64,000 nucleotides of DNA. It comes from Myxococcales bacterium. GTDB lineage: Bacteria; Myxococcota_A; Polyangia; Polyangiales; DASUME01. Every line of letters begins with the position of its first letter. The first letter of the stretch is position 1. A program made the translations under genes and the position numbers. Positions 53,745 through 64,000 of this stretch are shown here, one piece after another. The stretch lies in assembly GCA_047601445.1 (NCBI GenBank), contig JASGJH010000001.1, forward strand, positions 6,464,001 to 6,528,000. Direction: 5' to 3'. The notes under the pieces are model-generated. The model saw only the letters and a list, made by a program, of their open reading frames with translations, was not told the DNA's origin and searched no databases.

Positions 53745-55028
53745 TCAGGCCTGTCGCGCGAGCTGCTCGGCGTGACGCGCGAGCCCCTGCACCACCGAGT
53801 GGAAGCTCTTCAGGCGACGTTGCACGGCCTGCGGCAAGCGGCGCGTGATCTCGGCTTCGATCAGCGGCATGCGCGAGGTGCCGCCCGTGAGGCACACGAT
53901 CTCCACGTCCGCATGGTCGACGCCGCCCGCCGCAAGGGTGCGATCCAGGGCCTCGAAGATGCGGTCGAGAGGACGCTGGGCGGCCTGCTGGAATTCGGAT
54001 TGAGCCACGTTGCGAGAGAACTCGGCCCCGGGGTAGTCGAGCGTGACCTCGGTGCGCTCGCGCTCGGAGAGCCGCCGCTTGGCTCCTTCGACGGCTTCGT
54101 ACAGGTCGAACCCGACGCCGTCTTCCACGATCACCCGATACTTCTCGAGCTTCTCGCGATCCGCCAGGTCGAGCACGCCATGCTGAATGTCTGCGAGGCG
54201 ACGCATGATCGTGGTGCGGTCCACCAGCGTGAGATCCGCCGGTGAGCAGAGCAGCTCGATGAGGTCCATCGGCATGGTCAGCACGTTGGAGCCAAAGGGC
54301 ACCCGAAAGCGCGCTTCGGAGCCGAGCTCCGGGGCCACCGAACAGCGCACGAGCGAGCCGTCGAAGGCATCGCCAGCCACCGCCACACCGCCCACGGCGA
54401 GCACGTCGGAGCTCGCGAACTCGCGTGCGGACATGCGCACCAGCGTGAAGTCCGAGGTGCCGCCTCCGAGGTCCACGATCAACACCAGGCGAGGCTCCGT
54501 GAGATCCGAAGCGAAGTCATAGGCCGCGGCCACCGGCTCGGGGCAGAAGCTCACCTGCGTGAACCCTGCGAGCTCGGCGGCGCGCGCCAGGCGCGCCTGG
54601 GCCAGGGCATCCTCATCGTCGTCGTTGGAGAAGCGGGCGGGTCGACCCAGCACCGCGCGCGTGACCTCGGCGTCGAAGTGTCGGCAGGCGCGCTCGCGCA
54701 TGGCGCGCAGGATCGCCGCGATGAGCTCTTCGATGGTCATCGTCTTTTCAGCGATGCGCGTGGCCGTGAAGGCACGCGAGGGGAGGTGACGCTTGATGGA
54801 ACGGATCAGGCGACCACGGAAGCCGTTGGCCACCAGGGCTTTGGTGGCCGCTACACCAAACGCGCTCTCACGAGCGCTCGCGAAATAGAGCGCACTGCGC
54901 AGCACCGTGGGATCCGACGCGTCCGGATCGAGCGGCGCCGGCTCGAACACATGACCGGGTGCTGCCGCAGCGAGCAAGGAGTTGCTGGTGCCGAAGTCGA
55001 TGGCGAAGATGGTGGGTTTCGGCGACAT
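53745..55028 (-). CDS. Hsp70 family protein (YegD-like)
   Basis: AIDFGTSNS, RLIRSIK, VLGRPARF, EPVAAA, VDLGGGTSDF, LTGGTS; start at ATG 55028. Confidence 0.9.
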   Translation of the reverse strand: MSPKPTIFAIDFGTSNSLLAAAAPGHVFEPAPLDPDASDPTVLRSALYFASARESAFGVAATKALVANGFRGRLIRSIKRHLPSRAFTATRIAEKTMTIEELIAAILRAMRERACRHFDAEVTRAVLGRPARFSNDDDEDALAQARLARAAELAGFTQVSFCPEPVAAAYDFASDLTEPRLVLIVDLGGGTSDFTLVRMSAREFASSDVLAVGGVAVAGDAFDGSLVRCSVAPELGSEARFRVPFGSNVLTMPMDLIELLCSPADLTLVDRTTIMRRLADIQHGVLDLADREKLEKYRVIVEDGVGFDLYEAVEGAKRRLSERERTEVTLDYPGAEFSRNVAQSEFQQAAQRPLDRIFEALDRTLAAGGVDHADVEIVCLTGGTSRMPLIEAEITRRLPQAVQRRLKSFHSVVQGLARHAEQLARQA

Positions 55029-55083
55029 GCTCGGCCCGCTTTCGGATCGCGTGCAGCCCCGACTGGCTCGCGCGGCCAGTGCA

Positions 55084-55536
55084 CTAGCACGTGGCTTCGA
55101 GCGCGGGTGCTTCTCCGAGTGCAAACAACGAGGTGTCGGCGGCGTCGTCTCTCCGCGGGCGCCCTCGCCGCTTGGGGGCGGCACTCAAGGGAGCGCCGCG
55201 CTGGACCTCGCCCACCTGCTGCACACGCAAGGCCAGATCCGGATCGCTCTCCGCGAACACGCGGGCGTAAGCCAGGGCGCGTTGAGCGCGCTGGCTGAGC
55301 TGTTCGGCCTGGGCCTGCAGGGCTGCCCGGGCGGCGGCGAGCTCCGCCTCGATTTGCTCGAGCTCCACCTGGGCCGCGCGCAGGTCATCGGCGGCCGACT
55401 CGAGCACGGCCAGATCCATGTCGGGGAACCGCACGGTGGGGAGGGCCTCCGCGAACAGTTCGATCACGGCGCGCGCCAGCGCGGGCACGGGATCGGCGGC
55501 AAACTGGGGCTTGGGACGGTCGACGGGCGAAGACAT
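55084..55536 (-). CDS. Hypothetical coiled-coil protein with C-terminal AT-hook-like motif
   Basis: AAAGGAG RBS before ATG 55536; helical heptads; PKRRGRPRR. Confidence 0.7.
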   Translation of the reverse strand: MSSPVDRPKPQFAADPVPALARAVIELFAEALPTVRFPDMDLAVLESAADDLRAAQVELEQIEAELAAARAALQAQAEQLSQRAQRALAYARVFAESDPDLALRVQQVGEVQRGAPLSAAPKRRGRPRRDDAADTSLFALGEAPALEATC

Positions 55537-55548
55537 GGCGGCTCCTTT

Positions 55549-55565
55549 GCTGAACGTATGAGCAG
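55549..55565 (-). promoter_or_regulatory. Putative myxobacterial LexA (SOS) box
   Basis: CTGCTCATACGTTCAGC matches 15/17 positions of the M. xanthus consensus as I recall it (CTRHAMRYBYGTTCAGS); directly downstream of TTGCGC-N17-CAATAT. Confidence 0.55.
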
Positions 55566-55759
55566 TATATTGGAGGAAGCCTCCCGGGCGCGCAAGAAAG
55601 CAGATCCCCTCGAGCTGCCCATGATCGAGGAGCGAGCCCGCCTTGCCCCCATCGATGCGGGCACGCAATGACCAAGGCGGGCGCCGATCCAGTCCGTTCC
55701 CGTAAGGGCCAGGCGTTCTTCATCGCTCGTGCGGAGTGCGGGCTCGCCGCGGAAACAGC

Positions 55760-57370
55760 TCAGTAAGGCTGTTCGATGATGCGCCGACTCGCGGGCGGAG
55801 CCTCGGGTCCACCGAACGGGTCGGGCTTCCACTGAGGAGAGCGTTCCTTGCTCGCGGGCGCTGCGGGCGTGGTTGTCGCGGGCGTGCCGCTCGTGTTCTT
55901 GGCGGCGCCTGCCGTGAGCTTCTCGAGCTGGATGCGCGCGGGCGGCGGAGCGTCCTGAAACATCACGCTGGCGGAGCGATAGCCCGGTGCGGAGGCTTCG
56001 AGCACGTGCGTTGAGCCATCGACCTTGAAGGCGGCCACGAGCTTGCTCGTGGCCATGCGGTGGCCGTCCAGCACGATGGTGGCCTGGGGCGGATCCACCA
56101 GCACCGACACCTCGTAGCGAGCCACCTCTCCCTTGGCAGTCGAGCTCAACGCCTGGCTCGGCGCTTGCGCTTCAGCCGCGGGTTCCCTGGGCACGGCCGG
56201 CGCCATGGCTGCCGGAGCCGGAGCGGCCGTGCCGAGCTTGGTGGTGTCCTTCAGTGCGACCGTGGTGGGTTCGGGCACCCGCGCCTGGTCGCGCACCACG
56301 GCCCAGGCGACGCCGGCCACCAGGGCTGCGCCGAGTGCGATGGCGGCCTTGCGCTTGAGCGGCGCTGGAGGCGACGACGCCAATGAACCGTCGGGACTCT
56401 TGGTCCCCGAGTGACGCACCTGCACCGGGCGCGCCGTGGACTCCATGTGCACCTCGAGCTCGCTCGCATAGAGCGCGCGGGTGCGCTGACTCGAAAGCGG
56501 CAACAGCGCTCGGGCGAATTCGCGCATGGTCCCGAAGCGCGCGTCGGGCTGCTTTTGCAGGGCCTTGGCCAGTGCTTCGCGCAGCTCGATGGGGGCATCC
56601 GGGACGTAGTCCGAGAGTGGCTTGGGTGCCGCGGTGACGATGCTGCTCAAGAGGTCGTAGAGCGACTCGCCTTCGAAGGGCTTAACGCCCGTGACGCACT
56701 CGTAGAGGATGACGCCCAGCGCGAACACGTCGCTACGCGCGTCGACCGAGCGCTTGGCCTGGGCCTGCTCGGGCGACATGTAGAAGGGCGTGCCCAAGAG
56801 CGCCTTGGTGCCGGTGAGGTTGAAGGCGTCCTGGTCGAGCACCTTGGAGATGCCGAAGTCCACCACCTTGGGCACGCGCAGCTTGCCCTGCATGCTCAGG
56901 AAGATGTTTTGTGGCTTGAGATCGCGGTGGACGATGCCGGCTGCGTGGGCCGCCACCAGACCGGCCATGACCGGGATCAGGAGATCGGCGGTCTCTTGCA
57001 CCCCGAGCCGTCCCACGCGACGCAGGTAGTGGTCGAGGTCCTCACCGTCCAGGAACTCCATCACGAGGTAAGGGCAGCCCGAGTCCGTGGTGCCCACGTC
57101 GATGACGTCGACCACGTGCGGATGCTCGAGCTTGGCTGTGGCGCGCCCCTCGCGGACGAAGCGCTGGGCCAGGTCCGTGTTGGCGTGGGCGGGCAGGAGC
57201 ACCTTCACGGCCACGCGCTTCTGCAGCGTGTCGTGGTGCGCGGCGTAGACGAGCGCGCTCGCCCCCTCGCCGATGGGGCGCTCGATGACGTAAGCACCGA
57301 GCCGGTCGCCCCGGCGCGGCACCCCCGCGCTCCCTAGCGCGGCGAAATCGTTGTCCCCGCTACGCCCCAA
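55760..57370 (-). CDS. Membrane Ser/Thr protein kinase with PEGA-like extracytoplasmic domain
   Basis: IGEGASA, VAVK, HRDLKPQN, DFGISK, GTPFYMSPE; TM; VDPPQATIVLDG..ASAPGY. Confidence 0.92.
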   Translation of the reverse strand: MGRSGDNDFAALGSAGVPRRGDRLGAYVIERPIGEGASALVYAAHHDTLQKRVAVKVLLPAHANTDLAQRFVREGRATAKLEHPHVVDVIDVGTTDSGCPYLVMEFLDGEDLDHYLRRVGRLGVQETADLLIPVMAGLVAAHAAGIVHRDLKPQNIFLSMQGKLRVPKVVDFGISKVLDQDAFNLTGTKALLGTPFYMSPEQAQAKRSVDARSDVFALGVILYECVTGVKPFEGESLYDLLSSIVTAAPKPLSDYVPDAPIELREALAKALQKQPDARFGTMREFARALLPLSSQRTRALYASELEVHMESTARPVQVRHSGTKSPDGSLASSPPAPLKRKAAIALGAALVAGVAWAVVRDQARVPEPTTVALKDTTKLGTAAPAPAAMAPAVPREPAAEAQAPSQALSSTAKGEVARYEVSVLVDPPQATIVLDGHRMATSKLVAAFKVDGSTHVLEASAPGYRSASVMFQDAPPPARIQLEKLTAGAAKNTSGTPATTTPAAPASKERSPQWKPDPFGGPEAPPASRRIIEQPY

Positions 57371-57678
57371 CGAAAACCCCTAGGTTTGGCCGCGAGCTTA
57401 TCACGCGACTGCCCAGAATGAAGTGTTGGACCAGTGCCGGCAACGCCGGAGGAGGCGCAAAAGGTGTGATCCGTACCGCAAATGGCCGACATGGACCGAC
57501 CCCGCCGACCAGACCGGGCCAGGCGATGGAGAGAAGGAAAGAAGAATCCCCTACGCCGGGGCCGAGGGGCCGACCCATGGGCCGGCGGGCGAGCGGTCCC
57601 ACGCCTCGGAACGCCTCGGGCACGAGAGCCGCGACGACTCGAGGCCACCGCGGCTCTTGTGTGAACGGGACGCCGAAC

Positions 57679-58854
57679 TCAGACGACTTCGAACAGCCCA
57701 GCGGCCCCCATGCCGCCGCCGATGCACATGGTCACGACCACGTACTTGGCGCCGCGCCGCTTGCCCTCGATCAGCGCGTGGCCGGTGAGGCGCGTCCCCG
57801 AGACGCCGTAGGGATGGCCCACGGCAATGGCGCCGCCGTTGACGTTCATGCGGTCCATTGGGATGCCTAGCTTGTCGGCGCAGTAGAGCACCTGCACTGC
57901 GAAGGCCTCATTGAGCTCCCACAGGCCGATGTCGTCCACCTTGAGTCCGTGGCGGGCGAGCAGCTTCGGCACCGCGAAGGCCGGGCCGATGCCCATCTCG
58001 TCGGGCTCACAGCCCGCCACCGCGAAGCCGCGGAACACGCCGAGCGGCTTGATGTTGCGCTTGGCGGCCAGGGCACCGTCCATCACCACCACCGCGGCCG
58101 CGCCGTCGGAGAACTGGCTGGCGTTGCCGGCGGCGATCACGCCACCGGGCACGGCGGGCTTGATCTTGGCGAGACCTTCGTAGGTGGTGTCCGCGCGGAT
58201 GCCCTCGTCGGTATCCAGCAGCACTTCCTTGGTGATCATGCCGAGCGCCTTGTCGGCCACGCCGGCCAGGGCCTTGAAGGGCACGATCTCGTCCTTGAAC
58301 TTGCCCGCAGCCAGCGCCGCCGCCGCGCGCTGCTGGCTCTGCACGCCGTACTGATCCTGCCGCTCGCGTGAGATGTTGTAGCGCTTGGCCACGGTCTCCG
58401 CGGTCTGCAGCATGGGCCAGTAGATGGCTGGCTTGTTCTCGCGCAACCAGCTCTCGGTGAACATGTGCTGGTTGATCTGGTTTTGCACGCAGGAGATCGA
58501 CTCCACGCCGCCCGCGACCATCACGGGAGACTTGTCGACGATCACGGCCTGTGCCGCCATGGCGATAGCCTGCAGACCCGAGGAGCAGAAGCGATTGATG
58601 GTGGCGCCCGAGGCGGTCACCGGCAGTCCGGCGCGCAGCGCAATCTGGCGCGCGATGTTGCTGCCGTCGGCGCCCTCGGGGAAGGCGCAACCCATCAGCA
58701 CGTCCTCGACTTCGCCGGGCTCGACGCCCGCGCGCTCGACGGCCGCTTTCACCACGTGACCACCCATGGTGGCACCGTGCGTCATGTTGAGGGCACCCTT
58801 CCAGGACTTGGCCAGGCCTGTGCGTGCGTAGGAAACGATCACTGCATCGGTCAT
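57679..58854 (-). CDS. Acetyl-CoA C-acyltransferase (thiolase)
   Basis: [35 protein letters not shown]. Confidence 0.95.
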   Translation of the reverse strand: MTDAVIVSYARTGLAKSWKGALNMTHGATMGGHVVKAAVERAGVEPGEVEDVLMGCAFPEGADGSNIARQIALRAGLPVTASGATINRFCSSGLQAIAMAAQAVIVDKSPVMVAGGVESISCVQNQINQHMFTESWLRENKPAIYWPMLQTAETVAKRYNISRERQDQYGVQSQQRAAAALAAGKFKDEIVPFKALAGVADKALGMITKEVLLDTDEGIRADTTYEGLAKIKPAVPGGVIAAGNASQFSDGAAAVVVMDGALAAKRNIKPLGVFRGFAVAGCEPDEMGIGPAFAVPKLLARHGLKVDDIGLWELNEAFAVQVLYCADKLGIPMDRMNVNGGAIAVGHPYGVSGTRLTGHALIEGKRRGAKYVVVTMCIGGGMGAAGLFEVV

Positions 58855-58944
58855 CTTGGATCTCCGTGAAAAAAACTTTTGGGATGAGGGGACGTGAACT
58901 CACGTACGGGCACGGTCACGGGCGCGCGTACGCATCGGAAGCGG

Positions 58945-61030
58945 TCAGCCGTTGAAGGACTTGCCCTCCGCAGCGAGCTTCTTGATCAGGTCGGCGGGCT
59001 CCCAGAACTTGTCGCCGGTCTGCGCCTTGTAGCCCTCGAGGGCGCGCGCAACGCGATACAGGCCCTGGCTATCCGCGTAGAGCATGGGCCCGCCGCGGAA
59101 CAGCGGGAACCCGTAGCCCGTGAGATAGACCATATCGATGTCCGACGCGCGCTGAGCGATGCGCTCTTCCAGAATGCGCGCACCCTCGTTGACCAGGGCG
59201 TACACGCAACGCTCCAGGATCTCCTTGTCGCTGATCTTGCGAGCCTTGATGCCGTTCTGCTCACGGAACTTCAGGATCAGCTCATCCGTCGAGCTGTCCG
59301 GGATGGCGTCGCGTCGGCCGGCTTCGTAGCGGTAGTAGCCCGCGCCCGTCTTCTGCCCGAAGCGGTTCTGCTCGCACAGGCCGTCGGCCACGTGCGGCTT
59401 GAGCGCCTTGGGATTCTGGGCCGCGCGCGCCTTGCGGATCTGCCAGCCGATGTCGAGGCCCGCCAGGTCGGCGACGCGGAAAGGCCCCATCGCCATGCCG
59501 AACTTCTCGAGCACCTTGTCGACCTGCCACGGCGAAGCGCCCTCCTCGACCAGGAGGTCTGCCTGGTGGAAATACGCGTGCAGCATGCGGTTGCCGATGA
59601 AGCCGTCACACACGCCCGCGACCACCGCGGTCTTCTTGATCTTCTTGGCCAGCTGCATGACCGTGGCCAGTACGTCCTTGGCGGTCTTCTCGCCGCGCAC
59701 GACCTCGAGCAGCTTCATGATGTTGGCGGGGCTGAAGAAGTGCAGACCGAGCACGCTCTCCGGACGCTTGGTGAAGCTCGCGATCTGGTTGATGTCGAGG
59801 GTCGACGTGTTGCTGGCCAGGATGGCGCCCTGCTTCACCACGGAGTCGAGCGTGCTGAAGACCTTCTGCTTCACGTCCATGTTCTCGAACACGGCCTCGA
59901 TCACCAGATCGCAATCGGCGAGGTCGGCGTACTCGAGCGTGGGCTTGAGCAGGCTGATCGCCTTGTCGAGCTTCTCCTGCGTGAGCTTGCCCTTCTTGAG
60001 CGAGCCCTCGTAGTTCTTGCGGATGATGCCCACGCCCTTCTCGAGCGCCTCGGGCTTGACCTCGAGCAGCACCACCTGGATGCCGGCGCTCAAGAAGTTC
60101 ATCGCGATGCCACCGCCCATGGTGCCCGCGCCGATGATGCCTACCTTGTTCACGGGGCGGACGGCGGTGTCCTCGGGCACGTCGGCGATCTTGGAGGCGG
60201 CGCGCTCACCGAAGAACGCGTGACGCAGTGCCTTGGACTCGTCGCTCTGTACCAGCTGCGCGAACAGGTCGCGCTCGATGCGCAGCCCCTCGTCGAAGGG
60301 CTTGGCCACGGCTGCCGCCACGGCGTCGATGCACTTGAGCGGAGCGGGGAAGTTCTTGGACATCGCGCCCACGCCGTTGCGGGCGAACTGGAAGTAGCCG
60401 TCGGCCTCGGCGTAGCTGAGCTTGATGTCGCGCACCTTCTTGAGCTCGCGCTTCTCGGCCACGACCTTGTCGGCGAAGGCGACGGCTCCGTCGAGCAGCT
60501 TCTCGCTCAGGATCGCGTCGAAGAGCTGGGTGCCCTGCAGCTTGGCCGCGGGCACGATCTCGCCGGAGACGATCATGTTGAGCGCCGTCTCCACACCCAC
60601 CACGCGGGGCAGGCGCTGGGTGCCGCCTGCGCCGGGTAGGATGCCGAGCTTCACCTCGGGCAGGGCGATTCTGGGCGTCCGCCAGCGCCACGCGGAAGTG
60701 ACAGCCGAGGGCGAGCTCGAGGCCACCGCCCATGCAGGCGCCGCCGATGGCGGCGACGACGGGCTTGTTGGAGGACTCCACGACCTCGATGACGGTGTGG
60801 AGATTGGGCTCGGCGAAGGCCTTGGGGCTGCCGAATTCCTTGATGTCGGCGCCGCCCGAGAACGCACGCTCGGACCCGATCAAGACCACGGCTTGCACCT
60901 TGGCGTCGGCACGGGCGGCCTCGATCCCAGCCACGATCTGCGCGCGCAAGGCGTGGCTCAGGCCGTTGACGGGGGGGTTGTTGAGCGTGATGACGGCCAC
61001 GCTGCCTCGCAACTCATAGGGCGCTTGCAT
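58945..61030 (-). pseudogene. fadB: Multifunctional enoyl-CoA hydratase/3-hydroxyacyl-CoA dehydrogenase (FadB-like), split by a +1 frameshift near 60670
   Basis: N-part [32 protein letters not shown] in one frame; [39 protein letters not shown] in another; may be a sequencing error. Confidence 0.8.
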
Positions 61031-61089
61031 GCTCTCTCCTCGGGCTTGCCAAAAACGGCACTCGGCGATCTCGGGGCGCTGGCTCCGAA

Positions 61090-61103
61090 ACCGAACGTTC
61101 GTT
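61090..61103. promoter_or_regulatory. Palindromic operator-like site upstream of beta-oxidation operon
   Basis: ACCGAAC|GTTCGTT near-perfect inverted repeat ~60 bp upstream of ATG 61030, beside AT-rich TATATT. Confidence 0.4.
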
Positions 61104-61348
61104 CTATATTCGCGAAATGTTGGCCCGGAGAAAGCGGGCACGCAACCCGGGCCGCCGGCCACCCCGCTCGAGGGTGAAAAAGCGCGGCAGAACGGGCGAA
61201 TCACACGGAGTAGAGGCCGTTTTTCACCCCCTTTGGAGGGGGCCGAACCTTGACTGAAAAGGCCCGTAAAGAAAGGCTCGGGAGTAGCCCAAGCGGGCTT
61301 TTGACGGGGTTTCGACCACCCCGAGCGACGAGGGAGCGTCTGGAGCGC

Positions 61349-63010
61349 ATGGAGCAAGCCGCGCGAAATTCGTCGAACGAGGGACTATCCCGCTGTGGCC
61401 GCTACGAGATCCTCGGGGAGATCGCGCGCGGCGGGATGGGCATCGTGTACCTGGCGCGACTGTCCCGTGAGGGCGGGTTCTCGCGCATCTATTGTCTGAA
61501 GGTGATGCATCCGCACCTCGAGCAGAAGGCGGACTTCGCCGAGCTCATGCTCAGCGAGGCCAAGCTGGCCGCCCGCATCCACCATCCCAACGTGGTCGGC
61601 ACGGTGGACTTCGGCGTGCACGACGGGCGCTACTTCATGGTGCTGGACTATGTCGAAGGAGTCTCGTTGGCGACTGCTATGCGGCAAGCCGGGCAAGACG
61701 CGGTGCGGCTATTCGTGCCCTGCATCGTGGACGCGCTGCGCGGGCTGCAGGCGGCTCACGCCACCACCGACTACCACGGGCGAGCGTGCCCCATCGTCCA
61801 TCAGGACGTGTCGCCCGATAACATCTTGCTCGGGGTCGACGGCTCGGCGCGCATCAGCGACTTCGGCGTGGCATCGGAGGCGCGTCAGAGCTCGCCGGTC
61901 CACTCGCCGCGCGGCAAGGCCGCCTTCATGGCGCCGGAGCAGCTGATGGGAAAGCGCGTCGATGTGCGCGCCGACCTGTGGTCGATGGGCGTGGTGCTGT
62001 GGAACTTGCTCACGGGGCGCCGATTGTTCGCCGGGGGCAACACCGCCGAGATGTTTCGACGGGTGCTCTACTCCGAGATCCCGGTGCCGAGTCAGCTGGC
62101 GGGTGCATCGGTCGCGGTCTTCGACCAGGTTGTGATGCGGGCGCTCCGCCGTGACCGCGACGACCGCTATCAGAGCGCCGAGCAGATGGCGAGCGAGCTC
62201 GAGGCTGCAGCGCTCGCCTGGGGCAAGCTCGGCAGCCGCAGCGAACTGGGCGCTTTCGTGCAGCGCACCCACCACGACGAGCTGGAGCGGCGCCGCGACA
62301 TGTTGCGGCGCTCCGAGCTGGCCGAGGAGTCGCGGGTGTTCGAGACCGGGCGCGGTTCGCACGAACGTCCGCGCGGGGGCGAACCTTCGAGTCCGGCCCC
62401 GGCTCGCAGCTCGACGCACTTCGGTGACCTGCCCGGGGCAAGCTTCGCAGCCCGAGCGGTTTGGTTCGCGAGGGGCATGCGCGTCGCCTGTGTGGCCATG
62501 GCGGTCGGTTGTGCGGTTTGGTTCGGGGCGCGGGATTCGCAGCCCGAGTCCTCGGCGGCGCTCGCGGGGAGTGGCCTTTCCGGCGCGGTATTGGTCACAC
62601 CCGTCGCTCCCCAGGTCCCCGTGGTCAGTCGGCCCGAGAGCCTCGCGCCGCTCGCCACAGACACGCCCATCCGACTACACGCCCTACCAGCGGCGCCGAG
62701 CGACCCGCATCCGACGCAAGCTGCGCAAGTCGCGCAAGTTGAGCCCCCAAAGCTGCCGAAAGCGGCCACTCATAGGCTCGTCAGGGAGAGAAAAGCCCTT
62801 TCCCAGCGTAGCCATGGAGGCTCCAATGAAAGCGCTGGCCCGAGCGCGCCACGAAAGCTCACGAATGCAGTCCCATCTGAGCCAGAGATCGCGACGGAAT
62901 CCGTGCCTGTGCGGCCGGCGCTCAAAAGCGATCCGAGCCCGTATCCACGCGCGATCAAAGAGCGAGGCGCGGCGGTCCCCCGCGAACGCAATCCCTACTT
63001 GCTCCGCTAG
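61349..63010 (+). CDS. Membrane Ser/Thr protein kinase (non-RD, HQD)
   Basis: IARGGMGIVY, CLK, HQDVSPDN, DFGVA, GKAAFMAPE; TM, Pro-rich tail ending RNPY; start set at ATG 61349. Confidence 0.9.
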   Translation: MEQAARNSSNEGLSRCGRYEILGEIARGGMGIVYLARLSREGGFSRIYCLKVMHPHLEQKADFAELMLSEAKLAARIHHPNVVGTVDFGVHDGRYFMVLDYVEGVSLATAMRQAGQDAVRLFVPCIVDALRGLQAAHATTDYHGRACPIVHQDVSPDNILLGVDGSARISDFGVASEARQSSPVHSPRGKAAFMAPEQLMGKRVDVRADLWSMGVVLWNLLTGRRLFAGGNTAEMFRRVLYSEIPVPSQLAGASVAVFDQVVMRALRRDRDDRYQSAEQMASELEAAALAWGKLGSRSELGAFVQRTHHDELERRRDMLRRSELAEESRVFETGRGSHERPRGGEPSSPAPARSSTHFGDLPGASFAARAVWFARGMRVACVAMAVGCAVWFGARDSQPESSAALAGSGLSGAVLVTPVAPQVPVVSRPESLAPLATDTPIRLHALPAAPSDPHPTQAAQVAQVEPPKLPKAATHRLVRERKALSQRSHGGSNESAGPSAPRKLTNAVPSEPEIATESVPVRPALKSDPSPYPRAIKERGAAVPRERNPYLLR

Positions 63011-63109
63011 CAAACGCGTGGCTGCCAGGAATCAGCTCCGAATCCACGGCAACCCTGCTAAGCTCAACGAGCCGCGCATGGTCTTGGGGGATCGCGCAGG
63101 ACGGCTCGG

Positions 63110-64000
<891 letters not shown>

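Overview
GC-rich chromosomal segment, most likely from a myxobacterium (Myxococcota, Polyangiales-like). This is inferred from five Hanks-type Ser/Thr kinases, an FHA-sigma54 activator, Cys-rich and GD-repeat lipoproteins, and VIT/vWA proteins. About 45 credible CDSs are present, including aspS, a pssA-like gene, opgH/mdoH, osmC, a ThiE-like gene, yeaH-spoVR, exbBD-tonB, GH15, a YegD-like Hsp70, and a thiolase with a frameshifted fadB-like gene. I saw no tRNA, rRNA, CRISPR array, transposase or phage genes. The best candidate for an undescribed system is at 45.0-50.2 kb. There an FHA-sigma54 enhancer-binding protein and a soluble Ser/Thr kinase with a C-terminal globin domain converge on a stand-alone globin gene. 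That gene is preceded by a sigma54-like -24/-12 element and two tandem TGTYG-N9-CRACA palindromes, suggesting a heme-gas-sensing kinase -> FHA-bEBP -> sigma54 circuit. Other notable items: an ECF-sigma-like/kinase/TM fusion; a ~240-bp non-coding element with 35-bp covarying terminal inverted repeats in two head-to-head copies plus an 81-bp tandem amplification; two dispersed palindromic repeat families; and a putative LexA-boxed AT-hook protein. All family calls come from motif recognition by eye; no searches were run.
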